Positions 40,616 to 51,268 of a stretch of DNA of 64,000 nucleotides are shown here, in pieces. Location: assembly GCA_943789445.1 (NCBI GenBank), contig CALSUC010000002.1:460256-524255 (forward strand), written 5' to 3'. The translations under genes and the position numbers were made by a program. The number at the start of each line of letters is the position of its first letter. Position 1 is the first letter of the stretch. The notes under the pieces were generated by a model. The model did no database searches. It saw only the letters and a program-made list of their open reading frames with translations, and had not been told where the DNA came from. Origin of the DNA: an uncultured Gammaproteobacteria bacterium. GTDB lineage: Bacteria; Pseudomonadota; Gammaproteobacteria; UBA4575.

Positions 40616-41170
40616 TTAGTCCAGAAATAACTCTAATGAATCTAAGTCGATAGCATTTGAGCTGATTGCGGCAACTTGATTGTCCTTATCGAAAAGCAGA
40701 TAGGATGGTGGGCCGACCAATTCTTCTTCGGCAGCCTGCAAATAGTATTCAGCAGCAACCTTTTCTGTGGTCAAGATATGTGTGTAATGTAGATTATTTT
40801 TCTTTATCAAGGCTCGCGCTTTTGTCTCTTCTTCGATGCCATCAAAGGCGACACCCATTAAGTCGAGCTTAAGCTCTGGACGTTCGGCCAGAAAGGCTTG
40901 CAGATGTTTGAAGTCGCTCTTGCAGACAGAACACCAGGTGGCCCAGAACATGACTAATTGCCAACGTCCAGCAGTTAGCTCAGGCTCTAGATGCTGGCCT
41001 AGCTGTTGATTTGCAACAATCAGCTTGGTGTTGTTCTCATCTTGGTTAGCAGTAACTGTGCTGCCAAGAAATAGGGACATCAAAACAATCGCAATAAGGC
41101 TGCGAGCAGCAAGACCTTGAGTAATAGAGTAGTGACGAGATGTGTTGAGTAAAGTAGTCATAGTGGTCAT
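40616..41170 (-). CDS. Exported TlpA/redoxin-family protein
   Basis: FWATWCSVC active site; signal-like hydrophobic segment. Confidence 0.82.
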   Translation of the reverse strand: MTTMTTLLNTSRHYSITQGLAARSLIAIVLMSLFLGSTVTANQDENNTKLIVANQQLGQHLEPELTAGRWQLVMFWATWCSVCKSDFKHLQAFLAERPELKLDLMGVAFDGIEEETKARALIKKNNLHYTHILTTEKVAAEYYLQAAEEELVGPPSYLLFDKDNQVAAISSNAIDLDSLELFLD

Positions 41171-41248
41171 CCTAAACTGATTGAGGTTTATAACGAATGG
41201 TGTTGTAAGAGGAGATTTTTTTTGTAGACAGGGTTCACAGCTATAAGT

Positions 41249-41575
41249 TTACTTATTGGTGTAAAGTTTATAGCAGGCGGCTTGTAAATATTGCGCAGCC
41301 ACCTCTGAACGTACGGACTTCGCCTTACGTTTAACACACTGGTCAGCACTATTAAAACCAAACCAGCTGGAATTTTTTTCGATAAAAATGCGCGTATGAA
41401 TAGGGTAGCTATCTTTACATTGGTTAACGATAGATTCTGCTACGGTGTCGTTTTTTACATCAGGCAATTCATTCAGTAGACATTGCCAATAATTATCTTG
41501 CTGGCCCCACCAAGCCTGTCCGTTAGAACTCAGGCAGGTTAGGAATAGCAATGCGATAAATGGGGTCTTTCTCAT
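41249..41575 (-). CDS. Small exported four-cysteine protein (VF_A0006-like)
   Basis: Signal peptide; YWQCLL, QC, DQC, AACYKLY. Confidence 0.65.
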   Translation of the reverse strand: MRKTPFIALLFLTCLSSNGQAWWGQQDNYWQCLLNELPDVKNDTVAESIVNQCKDSYPIHTRIFIEKNSSWFGFNSADQCVKRKAKSVRSEVAAQYLQAACYKLYTNK

Positions 41576-41595
41576 ATTAGGAACCTCGTTCCGGC

Positions 41596-43116
41596 TTAGA
41601 GTTGCATCATAGGCTTAATCACCCACAAGCTATAACTGGTGATGACAATAATGGCAATGAGGTTTAACCACAGACCTGCACGAACCATGTCGCCTATACG
41701 TAGATGACCAGAGCCAAAGACAATGGCATTGGGAGGTGTCGCAATCGGCATCATAAAGGCGAAACTGGCAGCCAGTGTGGCAGGAATGATTAGTAAGTGT
41801 GGATGCATCCCTAGGCCTATGGCGATACCCGCGAGTAAGGGGATTAAGGTAGCGGTGGTTGCCGTGTTCGAAGTCAGCTCGGTGAGGAATACGACGCCAC
41901 TGCAAATAATCACTAGAATTACGACTTCTGGTAATTCCGGTAAGAGGTTGGCTTGGGCGCCAATAAAGCTAGCCACTCCGTTTTGCTGTATGGCTTTAGC
42001 TAGTGCAAGGCCACCTCCAAATAAGATGAAAATTCCCCACGGTAGTTTAGTCGCCGTCGGCCAATCCATTAGAAAACGACGTTGTTTGAAATCAGCGGGC
42101 GTGATGAATAGTAGGCAGGCGGCCAACATAGCAATGCCTGCATCGCTTAAGCCAGCTAGTGGCTGTACGGTGTTTCCTGCGATTTGTAATGACCATTGCT
42201 GTAATGAGCTACGGCTGATCCATAAAAATACAGTTAAAGCGAAGATCGACAGCGTAAGGGTCTGGCCGCGATTCAGTGCAGCTAGTTTTATATTGGTCGT
42301 GTCTTTTTGTAATTTAAGTTTGCTGCTGTCAATCGGAAAGCTGACATAGCTGAGCAATAACCAGATGATGGGTAGAAAGATTAAGGCTAGAGGGGCCATC
42401 ATCAAGGTCCATTGACTAAAACTCATATCAAACTGGAATGTTGGCTCTATACCTTCATTTAAAAAACTGGCTAGGAAGAGGTTAGGTGCCGTGCCGATTA
42501 AGGTGGTGGTACCTCCAATGGATGCAGCGTAAGCCAGACCCAGCATAAGACACTTAGCAAAGTTGGTTTGCGCCTGTAGGGTGTCTGTATCCTCATGCTT
42601 TGACAGCGTCTCACTGCTGAAGAGGGCGATAATACTGAGGCCTATGGGTAGCATTAAGGCAGTGGTTGCAGTGTTTGAAATAAAGGCACTTAAGACCGCG
42701 GCGGAAAACATAAAGGCCGCAATAATCGCTCTCGGTGATGTCCCAGAAAGGCGTAATACTTTTGTGGCTAGTCGCTCATCCAATTTCCAACGTTGTAGAG
42801 CTAATGCGATTAAAAAGCCACCCATAAAGAGGAAGATCAGAGGAGAGGCGTAGGCAGCAGTCGTGCTTTTAATGTCATTAATGCCCAAGAGTGGAAACAA
42901 AACGATGGGCAATAAGGCAGTAGCGCTGAGGTCAATCGCCTCGGTTAGCCACCACAAAGCCATTAAAAACGTGACGCAAAGTGTTGTTTTTGCGGCAAAA
43001 GAGAGAGGAGTTAATGCTTTTTGGGTATCGACATAATGGTCGGGTAAGACCAAAAATAGGGCTATTGCCCCTAGTGGCCCAGCGAAAAACCCAATTCGTT
43101 GCAAACTACTATTCAT
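41596..43116 (-). CDS. SLC13/DASS sodium-coupled anion symporter
   Basis: ISNTATT, IGTAPN, TELTSNTAT, ATPPNAIV. Confidence 0.93.
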   Translation of the reverse strand: MNSSLQRIGFFAGPLGAIALFLVLPDHYVDTQKALTPLSFAAKTTLCVTFLMALWWLTEAIDLSATALLPIVLFPLLGINDIKSTTAAYASPLIFLFMGGFLIALALQRWKLDERLATKVLRLSGTSPRAIIAAFMFSAAVLSAFISNTATTALMLPIGLSIIALFSSETLSKHEDTDTLQAQTNFAKCLMLGLAYAASIGGTTTLIGTAPNLFLASFLNEGIEPTFQFDMSFSQWTLMMAPLALIFLPIIWLLLSYVSFPIDSSKLKLQKDTTNIKLAALNRGQTLTLSIFALTVFLWISRSSLQQWSLQIAGNTVQPLAGLSDAGIAMLAACLLFITPADFKQRRFLMDWPTATKLPWGIFILFGGGLALAKAIQQNGVASFIGAQANLLPELPEVVILVIICSGVVFLTELTSNTATTATLIPLLAGIAIGLGMHPHLLIIPATLAASFAFMMPIATPPNAIVFGSGHLRIGDMVRAGLWLNLIAIIVITSYSLWVIKPMMQL

Positions 43117-43169
43117 ACGATAAAAAGTAAGAGTTAAAAAGTGCCCATCGCACGACTATAGTAAATGAT

Positions 43170-44198
43170 ATGACGAATCCAGTTGACCAATTTGATCGGC
43201 CTATGCGCGATCTTAGAATTTCAGTGACCGATCGCTGCAATTTTCGTTGTACCTATTGTATGCCAAAAGAGGTTTTCAATTCGAAATATCAATTTCTACC
43301 GCGTACTGACTTACTCTCATTTGAAGAAATCACCCGTCTAGCTGGATTATTCGCTGCGCAGGGCGTGCGTAAGTTACGTCTTACCGGTGGTGAACCACTG
43401 CTGCGTAAGAACCTCGATGTCTTGGTCACTGAGCTGGCTAAGATAGACGGTATAGAAGACATTGCCTTGACTACTAATGCTTCCATCTTAACCTTGCCAC
43501 GTGCAGAGCAGCTACGTGATGCAGGCCTAGATCGTATTACTGTCAGTTTAGATGCGATTGATGAACAACGCTTCCGACAGATGAATGATATGGATGTATC
43601 AGTCGAGAAGGTATTACAAGGTATCGACAATGCGGAGCGTGCCGGCTTTGATAACATCAAGGTCAACATGGTCGTACAAAAAGGCGTCAACGAAGAAGAG
43701 ATCGTGCCGATGGCGCGGTACTTCAAAGATAGTAAGCAGATTTTGCGATTTATCGAATTTATGGATGTTGGTACGACTAATGGCTGGAATCTCGAGCAAG
43801 TGGTTTCAGGGCAAGAAATCGTCGAAAGAATTAGCGAGCATTTTGAGTTGGAACCTTTAGACCCCAATTATCGTGGTGAAGTCGCTAAACGCTGGCGTTA
43901 TGTCGATGGTGGCAACGAGTTTGGTTTGATTACCTCGGTGACTGAAGCCTTCTGTGGTGATTGTAGCCGTGTTCGATTATCTGCTAAGGGTAGTGTTTAT
44001 AGTTGTTTATTTGCTTCACGCGGTACGGACTTACGTCATCTATTGCGAGGTGGTGCAAATGACGAGGTCGTCAATGCAGTCATCGCAGATATGTGGAAGG
44101 CGCGTAGTGATCGTTATTCTGAGATTCGTGGTGCAGGAGAATCTACGGCAGAAGAGCATGTCTTAGAAAAAGTCGAGATGTCCTACATCGGTGGCTGA
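43170..44198 (+). CDS. moaA: GTP 3',8-cyclase MoaA
   Basis: CNFRCTYC radical-SAM motif, CGDC...C, MSYIGG C-terminus. Confidence 0.97.
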   Translation: MTNPVDQFDRPMRDLRISVTDRCNFRCTYCMPKEVFNSKYQFLPRTDLLSFEEITRLAGLFAAQGVRKLRLTGGEPLLRKNLDVLVTELAKIDGIEDIALTTNASILTLPRAEQLRDAGLDRITVSLDAIDEQRFRQMNDMDVSVEKVLQGIDNAERAGFDNIKVNMVVQKGVNEEEIVPMARYFKDSKQILRFIEFMDVGTTNGWNLEQVVSGQEIVERISEHFELEPLDPNYRGEVAKRWRYVDGGNEFGLITSVTEAFCGDCSRVRLSAKGSVYSCLFASRGTDLRHLLRGGANDEVVNAVIADMWKARSDRYSEIRGAGESTAEEHVLEKVEMSYIGG

Positions 44199-44589
44199 AG
44201 ACACTAGCAACAGCAGTTTATTCGATCAAATCGGTGGCCAAACGGCGGTCTTTAATCTAGCCGATCAATTCTATCTAGTGATGCAACGTGAAGCAGAGTT
44301 GTCAAAGTTACTCGTGATGCATCCTAGTAATCTCACGCGTTCGCGTAAAAAATTAGCAGGATACCTCTGCCAATGGTTCGGTGGACCAGCCTTATTTGGA
44401 GAAGACTACATGTCTGCTGAATGGATCAGGCAGCGGCATCAGCACTTACAGATTGGTTTTGAAGAGCGAGATCAATGGCTGCGTTGTATGCATCTTGCGA
44501 TGAAAGATCTAGGTTATAACGATCAACTCAGACATGCCTTGGGCCGAAAGTTTTTTCAGCTAGCAGGGTTTATTAGGACCACAGTTTAG
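44191..44589 (+). CDS. Group II truncated hemoglobin
   Basis: FDQIGG, FY, MHP, WFGGP, RQRH, ERDQWL.CM. Confidence 0.85.
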   Translation: MAEDTSNSSLFDQIGGQTAVFNLADQFYLVMQREAELSKLLVMHPSNLTRSRKKLAGYLCQWFGGPALFGEDYMSAEWIRQRHQHLQIGFEERDQWLRCMHLAMKDLGYNDQLRHALGRKFFQLAGFIRTTV

Positions 44590-44634
44590 ATAAGTTTTTT
44601 ATCGGTCTGCGATAGGGTCACTATTGTGAGGGGG

Positions 44635-45159
44635 TTATTTTTCTTTCAGCCGTGGCATCAGCTCGACTAGATTGCAGGGGCGATGACGGTAATCTAATTG
44701 CTGGTTGATTAGTTTATCCCAAGCATCAGCACAGGCACCTGAAGAGCCCGGCAGACAGAACAGGTAACAACCATTAGCAACGCCAGCAGTGGTTCTTGAT
44801 TGCAGGGTAGAGGTTGAGATCGATTCAAACGATAAGACGCGGAACATTTCACCAAAACCTTGGATTTCTTTATCAAATAACGGTGTGATCGCCTCAGGTG
44901 TGCCATCACGCCCAGTGACTCCAGTACCACCGGTGGTCAATATGACATCGACAGCAGGGTCAGCGATCCAATGCGATACCGTTGCACGTATTTGATAAAT
45001 ATCATCACGATTTATCGCCTTTTCATATAAGTTATGGCCCGCCTTTTGTAGCCGTGCCACTAGTAATTTTCCAGACTTATCCTGGTCTTCACCACGGCTG
45101 TCTGACACCGTTAGTACGGCAATAGAAAGTGCTTTGAAATCTCGTTTTTGATCAATCAT
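44635..45159 (-). CDS. moaB: Molybdenum cofactor biosynthesis protein B
   Basis: LTVSD, DKSG, TTGGTG, DGTPEA, LPGS, PCN. Confidence 0.95.
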   Translation of the reverse strand: MIDQKRDFKALSIAVLTVSDSRGEDQDKSGKLLVARLQKAGHNLYEKAINRDDIYQIRATVSHWIADPAVDVILTTGGTGVTGRDGTPEAITPLFDKEIQGFGEMFRVLSFESISTSTLQSRTTAGVANGCYLFCLPGSSGACADAWDKLINQQLDYRHRPCNLVELMPRLKEK

Positions 45160-45315
45160 GGAAGGGACACCGTCTCCAAGCCAAATAGGGCTTATAAATT
45201 CGCTCGTGCAAAACTAGGGCTACGGGCAAGATGATAGAGCGATAGATTATATCGATTAATGCAGGGTTTGGTGAAAAAGAATAGACTAAGCACAGTCCAT
45301 TTCCTTGCAGACAGC

Positions 45316-45771
45316 ATGATTATTGAATTATTTGCAGAGCCTTTCGACCCCTGGTCTTGGCTGCAGAATTACCAACAGGCCCAATCCACCATGGCTGAAT
45401 CCGCAGTCGGCCATAAGGTGGGTGCGACTAATGTGTTTGTTGGCACTATGCGTGATTTTAACGAGGGTGACGATGTCCAAAGTATGGTCTTAGAGCATTA
45501 TTCAGGTATGACCGAAAAGCATCTGACAGCGATTGCGCAAGATGCTATGGAACAATGGGATATCGAAGATATTGCGATTGCACATCGCTATGGTGAGGTT
45601 TTTCCAGGGGATACCTTGGTTTGTATTGTAGTCTGGTCATCTCACCGTAAAGCAGCGTACGAGGCTAATCGTAGGGTCATGGAAGATCTGAAATCGAAGG
45701 CACCGTTCTGGAAAAAAGAAACCTTGAGCGAAGGATATCGCTGGGTAGCAAAGAATACCAAAGGTTATTAA
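45316..45771 (+). CDS. moaE: Molybdopterin synthase catalytic subunit (likely start MIIELF)
   Basis: FVGTMR, LEHYSGM, HRYG, SSHRKAA, LKSKAPFWKKE. Confidence 0.93.
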   Translation: MIIELFAEPFDPWSWLQNYQQAQSTMAESAVGHKVGATNVFVGTMRDFNEGDDVQSMVLEHYSGMTEKHLTAIAQDAMEQWDIEDIAIAHRYGEVFPGDTLVCIVVWSSHRKAAYEANRRVMEDLKSKAPFWKKETLSEGYRWVAKNTKGY

Positions 45772-45780
45772 GGCCCCCTC

Positions 45781-46557
45781 ATGCATATTTTTCTTTGGCT
45801 GTTTGGCCTAAGCGTAGCGCTGTATCTGGCTGGTGCAGTAGTACTCACCTTATTTCAACGCAGCTTTATTTACTGGCCGACGTCTGTGGTGCAGCGTAGT
45901 GATGCGATTCGCAGCTTTAGTTTGGAAAGCGATGATGCACAGTTACAGATCTGGCAGATCAATCCGGGGCAGGGGCTGGCGATTATCTACTTTGGTGGGA
46001 ATTGTGAAAAAGTTGCGCTCAAGGCTGAGTATTGGCAGACCTTATTTCCGAATCATACGATCTATCTGAACGAATATCGTGGCTATGGCGAGAGCACGGG
46101 CAAGCCAAAGCAAACACAGCTCTACCAAGATGCACTCAATCTATATGACGCCTTAGCACCTAAGCATCAAAGCGTCGATGTCATAGGGCGTAGTTTGGGG
46201 GCGGCTATGGCAATCTACTTGGCTGCTCATCGCAAGCTTGGTCGTCTCGTCTTAGTCACTCCCTTTGATAGCATGCTGCATCTGGTACAACGCATATATT
46301 GGATCTTTCCAGTAGGGCTAATGCTCAAGGAGCGTTACCCATCGGTAGATTTTGCCGCCAAAGTGACTGTGCCAACCTTAGTTGTGATCGCAGACAAAGA
46401 TAAAGTCGTGCCACCACGCCATGCTTGGCAGTTATTTGAGGCCCTACCCAATGATTTGCGTCAAAGTGTGGTGCTTGAAGGGCATGGGCATAATCAATTT
46501 CATACCGAGCCTGTGTATGAGCAAGCGCTTTTACAGTTTTTTAAGCAATCGACGTGA
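45781..46557 (+). CDS. Alpha/beta hydrolase (ABHD12/13-like) with N-terminal TM
   Basis: YFGGN, YRGYGES, GRSLG, DKVVP, GHN. Confidence 0.88.
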   Translation: MHIFLWLFGLSVALYLAGAVVLTLFQRSFIYWPTSVVQRSDAIRSFSLESDDAQLQIWQINPGQGLAIIYFGGNCEKVALKAEYWQTLFPNHTIYLNEYRGYGESTGKPKQTQLYQDALNLYDALAPKHQSVDVIGRSLGAAMAIYLAAHRKLGRLVLVTPFDSMLHLVQRIYWIFPVGLMLKERYPSVDFAAKVTVPTLVVIADKDKVVPPRHAWQLFEALPNDLRQSVVLEGHGHNQFHTEPVYEQALLQFFKQST

Positions 46558-46771
46558 TTTATAGCGGCTTGATGTTAGTAATTAAGGGGGCTGAACTTAA
46601 TTTAGCCAAAGGACGCAAATAAACGTATAGTTTTTCGGATCTTTCTTAATCTTTCCCCGCTGTTTGTCGAGACAATGATCAGTCTTGTTAAGCGTGAGTG
46701 GGTTTGGTAAAAAATGAGGCACCCGCAAATATATGTGGGGCTGGTAGCTTGAGTGGAGTTGAAGAGTAGGC

Positions 46772-47497
46772 ATGATAGAAATAGAACAGTTAACCAAGAG
46801 ATTCGGTCTTTTTACTGCAGTAGACGGTATTTCTTTTGATGTTGAGCCAGGTCAGGTGCTGGGGTTTTTAGGCCCTAATGGCGCTGGTAAATCAACCACG
46901 ATGAAAATGATCACAGGCTTTTTGGCGCCGACCTCGGGTCAAGTCAGGGTTTGTGGTCACAAAGTCGAAGGTGACGCGCGCGACGCTAAGCGTGTCATGG
47001 GCTATCTACCAGAAGGCGCGCCTAGTTATGGCGAGATGACGGTGGCTCAATTTCTCTCCTTCATTGCCGATGTCAGATTATTGAAAGGTGCTGAGCGCAA
47101 GCAGCGTACCGACTCTGTTATCGAGCAACTGAATCTACAAGCGGTGATTAATCAACCGGTAGAAACTCTATCTAAAGGTTTTAAGCGCCGAGTAGGTATG
47201 GCGCAGGCGATTCTGCATGACCCACAGGTCTTGATTATGGATGAACCTACCGACGGTCTTGATCCCAATCAAAAGCATGAGGTGCGCGAGCTAATCAAGG
47301 GCATGGCGCAGGATAAGATCGTGATTATTTCAACCCATATATTAGAAGAGGTCGACGCGGTTTGTTCGCGTGCGATCATTATCGCCAGAGGCCGTATTGT
47401 TGCTGATGAAACCCCACAAAGCTTGTTAGCCCGTTCGCCCAGTGGCAAATTGGATGACGTGTTCCGCGAAATCACCTGTGCTGAGGTGCGATCATGA
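46772..47497 (+). CDS. ABC transporter ATP-binding protein (GldA-like)
   Basis: GPNGAGKST, LSKGFKRRVG, DEPTDGLDPNQ, STHILEEV. Confidence 0.92.
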   Translation: MIEIEQLTKRFGLFTAVDGISFDVEPGQVLGFLGPNGAGKSTTMKMITGFLAPTSGQVRVCGHKVEGDARDAKRVMGYLPEGAPSYGEMTVAQFLSFIADVRLLKGAERKQRTDSVIEQLNLQAVINQPVETLSKGFKRRVGMAQAILHDPQVLIMDEPTDGLDPNQKHEVRELIKGMAQDKIVIISTHILEEVDAVCSRAIIIARGRIVADETPQSLLARSPSGKLDDVFREITCAEVRS

Positions 47498-48228
47498 ATA
47501 ATATTGCTATCATTTTACGACGTGAGCTTAGTGCCTATTTTGCGACACCTGTCGCTTATGTTTTTATCGTTATCTTCTTGGTCTTAAGTGGCGCCTTAAC
47601 TTTTCACCTAGGTGGATTTTATGAACGTGGTCAAGCAGATTTAGCACCCTTCTTTAATTTCCATCCTTGGCTGTATCTGTTCTTGGTGCCTGCGATTTCT
47701 ATGCGTCTATGGGCCGAGGAACGTAAGTCCGGCAATATTGAATTGTTGCTGACTCTGCCGATCACGATGGCAGAAGCAGTAGTTGGTAAGTTCTTAGCGG
47801 CCTGGTTATTTACCGGTATCGCCTTGGTCTTAACCTTCCCACTTTGGATTAGTGTCAACTACTTAGGTGATCCAGATAACGGCGTTATCTTGGCAGCCTA
47901 TATTGGTAGCATGTTAATGGCCGGTGGTTTTCTTGCGATTGGTGCCTGCATTTCAGCAACGACTAAGAATCAGGTTATTGCCTTTATTATTAGTGTCGTC
48001 ATTTGTTTTGCCTTTTTACTCAGCGGGTTTTCTATTGTCTTAGATTTCTTCCGCGCATGGGCACCGCAGATGGTAGTGGATGCAATTGCTTCACTCAGCT
48101 TCCTCACTCATTTCTCTTCGATCAGCAAGGGTGTGATCGATCTACGAGACATTATTTACTTCATTAGTTTGATTGCGTTCTGGCTATATGCCAACACCGT
48201 GGTCATTGAACTGAAAAAAGCGAGTTAA
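47494..48228 (+). CDS. ABC transporter permease (GldF-like)
   Basis: YFATPVAY, MRLWAEERKSG, NQVIAF, GVIDLRD. Confidence 0.9.
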   Translation: MNNIAIILRRELSAYFATPVAYVFIVIFLVLSGALTFHLGGFYERGQADLAPFFNFHPWLYLFLVPAISMRLWAEERKSGNIELLLTLPITMAEAVVGKFLAAWLFTGIALVLTFPLWISVNYLGDPDNGVILAAYIGSMLMAGGFLAIGACISATTKNQVIAFIISVVICFAFLLSGFSIVLDFFRAWAPQMVVDAIASLSFLTHFSSISKGVIDLRDIIYFISLIAFWLYANTVVIELKKAS

Positions 48229-48230
48229 GT

Positions 48231-50105
48231 GTGAAATCTAAAAATGCAAAAACCATAGGCTATGTCGGCTTAGCATTACTTGCGGTCTTGTTTGTTGTGG
48301 TCAATATGGTCAGCAATAAGCTTTTTCAAGGCACCCGTGTTGATCTGACCGAGAATCAGTTATATACCTTATCGCCAGGGACTCTGAATATTGTCGGTAA
48401 TATCCAAGAGCCGATTACCTTGTATTACTTTTTCTCTGATCAAGCCACTGAGAATGTACCGCAGTTGCGTACATATGCCACCCGTGTGCGTGAGTTATTA
48501 AGTGAATATGCACAGTTATCGAATGGCAAGATCACGCTGAAGACGATTGATCCAATCCCTTATTCTGAAGAAGAAGATCAAGCGACTGAGTTTGGTTTGC
48601 AGGGTATTCCTGTAGATGCTTCAGGTAAGAGTATTTACTTCGGTTTAGCGGGTAGTAATTCAGTGGGTGACGCTGAAGTCATTGCCTTCTTTCAGCCAAA
48701 TAAAGAACAGTTCCTAGAATATGATGTCAGTAAGCTGATTTACAGCTTGCAAAACACCAAGAAGCCAGTGGTTGGATTAATCTCGCGTCTACCGATGTTC
48801 TCTTCCTTTGATGTTGAGACCCAGCGCATTCGTGATCCATGGGTGATCTCAACGCAACTGCAACAGTTCTTTGATGTTCGTAGTATTGATTTTGCGGCCA
48901 CTGAATTCGATCAAGATCTAGAGTTATTGATTGTGGTGCAGCCGCGTGATTTCAGCCAAGACACGCTGTATGCCATTGACCAATACGTCATGCAGGGTGG
49001 TAATCTTTTAGTCTTTGTTGATCCTTATGCCGAGGCCGATGTGCCAATAATACAGCAGGACTCACCAATAGAAGCAGCGGGTGCCCGTAGCTCTAACCTG
49101 CAAGCCTTGCTTGGCCCTTGGGGTATTGAGTTCACTCCAGCAGAAGTCGTAGGTGATCGTAAATATGCCTTAACGATCGACACAGGTGATGGTAAGCAGG
49201 AAAGACATTACGCTATTCTGGGTCTGGATAAGGCGGCCTTTAACGCCGCTGAAAGTAGCACTGCTGGTCTTGATTTCATCACCATGGCGATAGCCGGTCA
49301 TGTGCGACCAAAAGCCGATGCAGATATTGGTTTTACACCATTGATTACGGCCAGTAATGAATCTGCATTATTTGAAACAAGTAAGTTCCGCTTCCTACCT
49401 AAGGTCAGTGCCTTGGCCGAGGGCTTTCAGCCTACTGGTGAAGAATATACGCTGGCAGCACACTTCCAATTACGTCCAAGCACAGCCTTTCCACAGGGTG
49501 CGCCTAATGCCGATGCAAAACAGCAGGCGCATCTAACGCAAAGTCCAGAAGAGGTGAATATTGTCGTCGTTGCCGATGCCGATATGCTGGCTGATCGGAT
49601 GTGGGTTAAGGTGCAAAATATGTTTGGTCAGAAGATCACTGAGCCTTGGGCATCTAATGGTGATTTCACGATTAACCTAGTAGATAACCTGTTGGGCAGC
49701 AACGATCTGATCAGTGTGCGTGGCCGTGCGGCAGCGACTAAACCCTTTACCTTGGTAGAAGAGCTAAGGCGTGAAGCAGACGATCAGTTCCGTGTGCAAG
49801 AACAGGCCTTGCAGACCAGACTGCGTGAGACTGAACAAAAGATTGCCTCACTGCAATCACAGCGTAGTGATGATGGTCAGGTGTTATTGAGTCCAGAGCA
49901 AAGTCAGGCGATTGCACGCTTCCAAGCAGAGAAGCTAGAGGTCAGAAAACAACTACGTCGAGTGCGACATGAGTTGGATAAAAATATTCGTAGCCTAGGC
50001 TCTCAGCTAAAGGCGATTAATATCGGCTTAGTGCCAGCCTTGATTACCCTGATCGCTTTGATTATCTCCGTTGTACGTCTGCGTAAACGTGCCCGTCGAG
50101 ATTAA
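48231..50105 (+). CDS. GldG-like auxiliary component
   Basis: DLTENQLYTLS, EYDVSKLI, IDQYVMQGG..VFVDP, VADADML, C-terminal coiled coil and TM. Confidence 0.88.
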   Translation: MKSKNAKTIGYVGLALLAVLFVVVNMVSNKLFQGTRVDLTENQLYTLSPGTLNIVGNIQEPITLYYFFSDQATENVPQLRTYATRVRELLSEYAQLSNGKITLKTIDPIPYSEEEDQATEFGLQGIPVDASGKSIYFGLAGSNSVGDAEVIAFFQPNKEQFLEYDVSKLIYSLQNTKKPVVGLISRLPMFSSFDVETQRIRDPWVISTQLQQFFDVRSIDFAATEFDQDLELLIVVQPRDFSQDTLYAIDQYVMQGGNLLVFVDPYAEADVPIIQQDSPIEAAGARSSNLQALLGPWGIEFTPAEVVGDRKYALTIDTGDGKQERHYAILGLDKAAFNAAESSTAGLDFITMAIAGHVRPKADADIGFTPLITASNESALFETSKFRFLPKVSALAEGFQPTGEEYTLAAHFQLRPSTAFPQGAPNADAKQQAHLTQSPEEVNIVVVADADMLADRMWVKVQNMFGQKITEPWASNGDFTINLVDNLLGSNDLISVRGRAAATKPFTLVEELRREADDQFRVQEQALQTRLRETEQKIASLQSQRSDDGQVLLSPEQSQAIARFQAEKLEVRKQLRRVRHELDKNIRSLGSQLKAINIGLVPALITLIALIISVVRLRKRARRD

Positions 50106-50133
50106 TCTTAGTACTAACCGCGAGTTTTAAAGC

Positions 50134-51219
50134 ATGAGCCTAAAAACCTTACTTATCCTATTATTACTTTCGGTAGTCGGTGCAGCCGCCTACTGGTCAA
50201 CTGATAATAAGGACGACGTCAATGCAGCTGCCCAAGTGGGTGCCTTGTTAGTGCCGGGTTTGATGACGGATTTAAATCAAGTCGATCGTATCCATTTACA
50301 AGCTGCAGGTGATCAAACTATAGCTACCTTAGTACGATCAGAGCAGGGCTGGGGTGTGTTAGAAAAAGATCATTTTCCTGCCGATGTCAGTAAGATTAGG
50401 GCAACCGTATTGGCCTTGGCCGAGGCCTATATTGTTGAAGAAAAGACCTCGAATCCAGAGTTGTATACACGCCTAGGCGTGGAAGAAGTCGCCGCCAGTG
50501 ATGCCAGTGGTGTGCAGATGACAGTGTCTACAGCAGGGCAGGCGCATACACTGATTGTCGGTAAGCCTGGGCCACAAATGAATCGTTCGCGCTATGTGCG
50601 TATGCAGACTGAGGCAACGACCTGGTTAATCGATCGTAAGATCGACGTGCAATACGATGTGGCTTATTGGCTGCGCAAAGATCTATTCAGTGTTGAAGCG
50701 AGTGAATTGACTGCACTCTCGGTACAGGAACCGGATGGGCATGCTATGAAGTTGCTACGTAAGACGGCTGAACATGATCATAGCCAACATGCTGAGCATG
50801 CCTCATCGATGGCGAATAATGAGTCTGAGAGTGGGTTCATCTTAGCTAACCCGAGTCAGCCTGATGCGCAGGTAATCGATGCGGAGCTACAACAGATGGT
50901 CAATGCCTTGTCGTCTTTTCAGTTATTAGATGTTGAGCCTGCAGTGGCAGCCACCAAGTTGAAGGCGACCATGCAAGCTGAGTTTCATTTACTGCGTGGC
51001 ATTAAGCTCAAGCTATCAGGCTACGAGAGTGAAAAAGACAAATACGTACAGATCGAAGCTAGTGTGTCGGCAGGTGCCGATACTGCGGCCAAGGACTGGG
51101 TGTCTGATATCAATGCGCGCGTACAAGGCTGGTTATTTAGGATCCCTGCAGTGAGTTATGACGCTATTAATAAACGCGAAGCAGATGTGCTTGCGATCAC
51201 TGTCGATCAATTGAATTAA
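50134..51219 (+). CDS. DUF4340 family protein
   Basis: N-terminal TM; FPAD, EKTSNPELY..LG, LIVGK, RYVR, YWL; follows GldG-like gene. Confidence 0.75.
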   Translation: MSLKTLLILLLLSVVGAAAYWSTDNKDDVNAAAQVGALLVPGLMTDLNQVDRIHLQAAGDQTIATLVRSEQGWGVLEKDHFPADVSKIRATVLALAEAYIVEEKTSNPELYTRLGVEEVAASDASGVQMTVSTAGQAHTLIVGKPGPQMNRSRYVRMQTEATTWLIDRKIDVQYDVAYWLRKDLFSVEASELTALSVQEPDGHAMKLLRKTAEHDHSQHAEHASSMANNESESGFILANPSQPDAQVIDAELQQMVNALSSFQLLDVEPAVAATKLKATMQAEFHLLRGIKLKLSGYESEKDKYVQIEASVSAGADTAAKDWVSDINARVQGWLFRIPAVSYDAINKREADVLAITVDQLN

Positions 51220-51268
51220 CCTTCTCGATGGCAATAGCTGCTAAAAGCAGCGTTAAATTGGGATCAAT

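Noticed and set aside
41723..42349. 208-aa plus-strand ORF
   Set aside because: Antisense shadow of the DASS transporter; no recognisable motif
43289..43867. 192-aa minus-strand ORF (likewise 53369-53911 and the many 60-130 aa ORFs inside ure, urt, purB, acnA, mnmA and clpA)
   Set aside because: Antisense or out-of-frame shadows of well-supported genes
46593..46619. Possible sigma-E promoter (GAACTT-N16-GCAAA) before the Gld-like operon
   Set aside because: The -10 element deviates from TCAAA and there is no independent support
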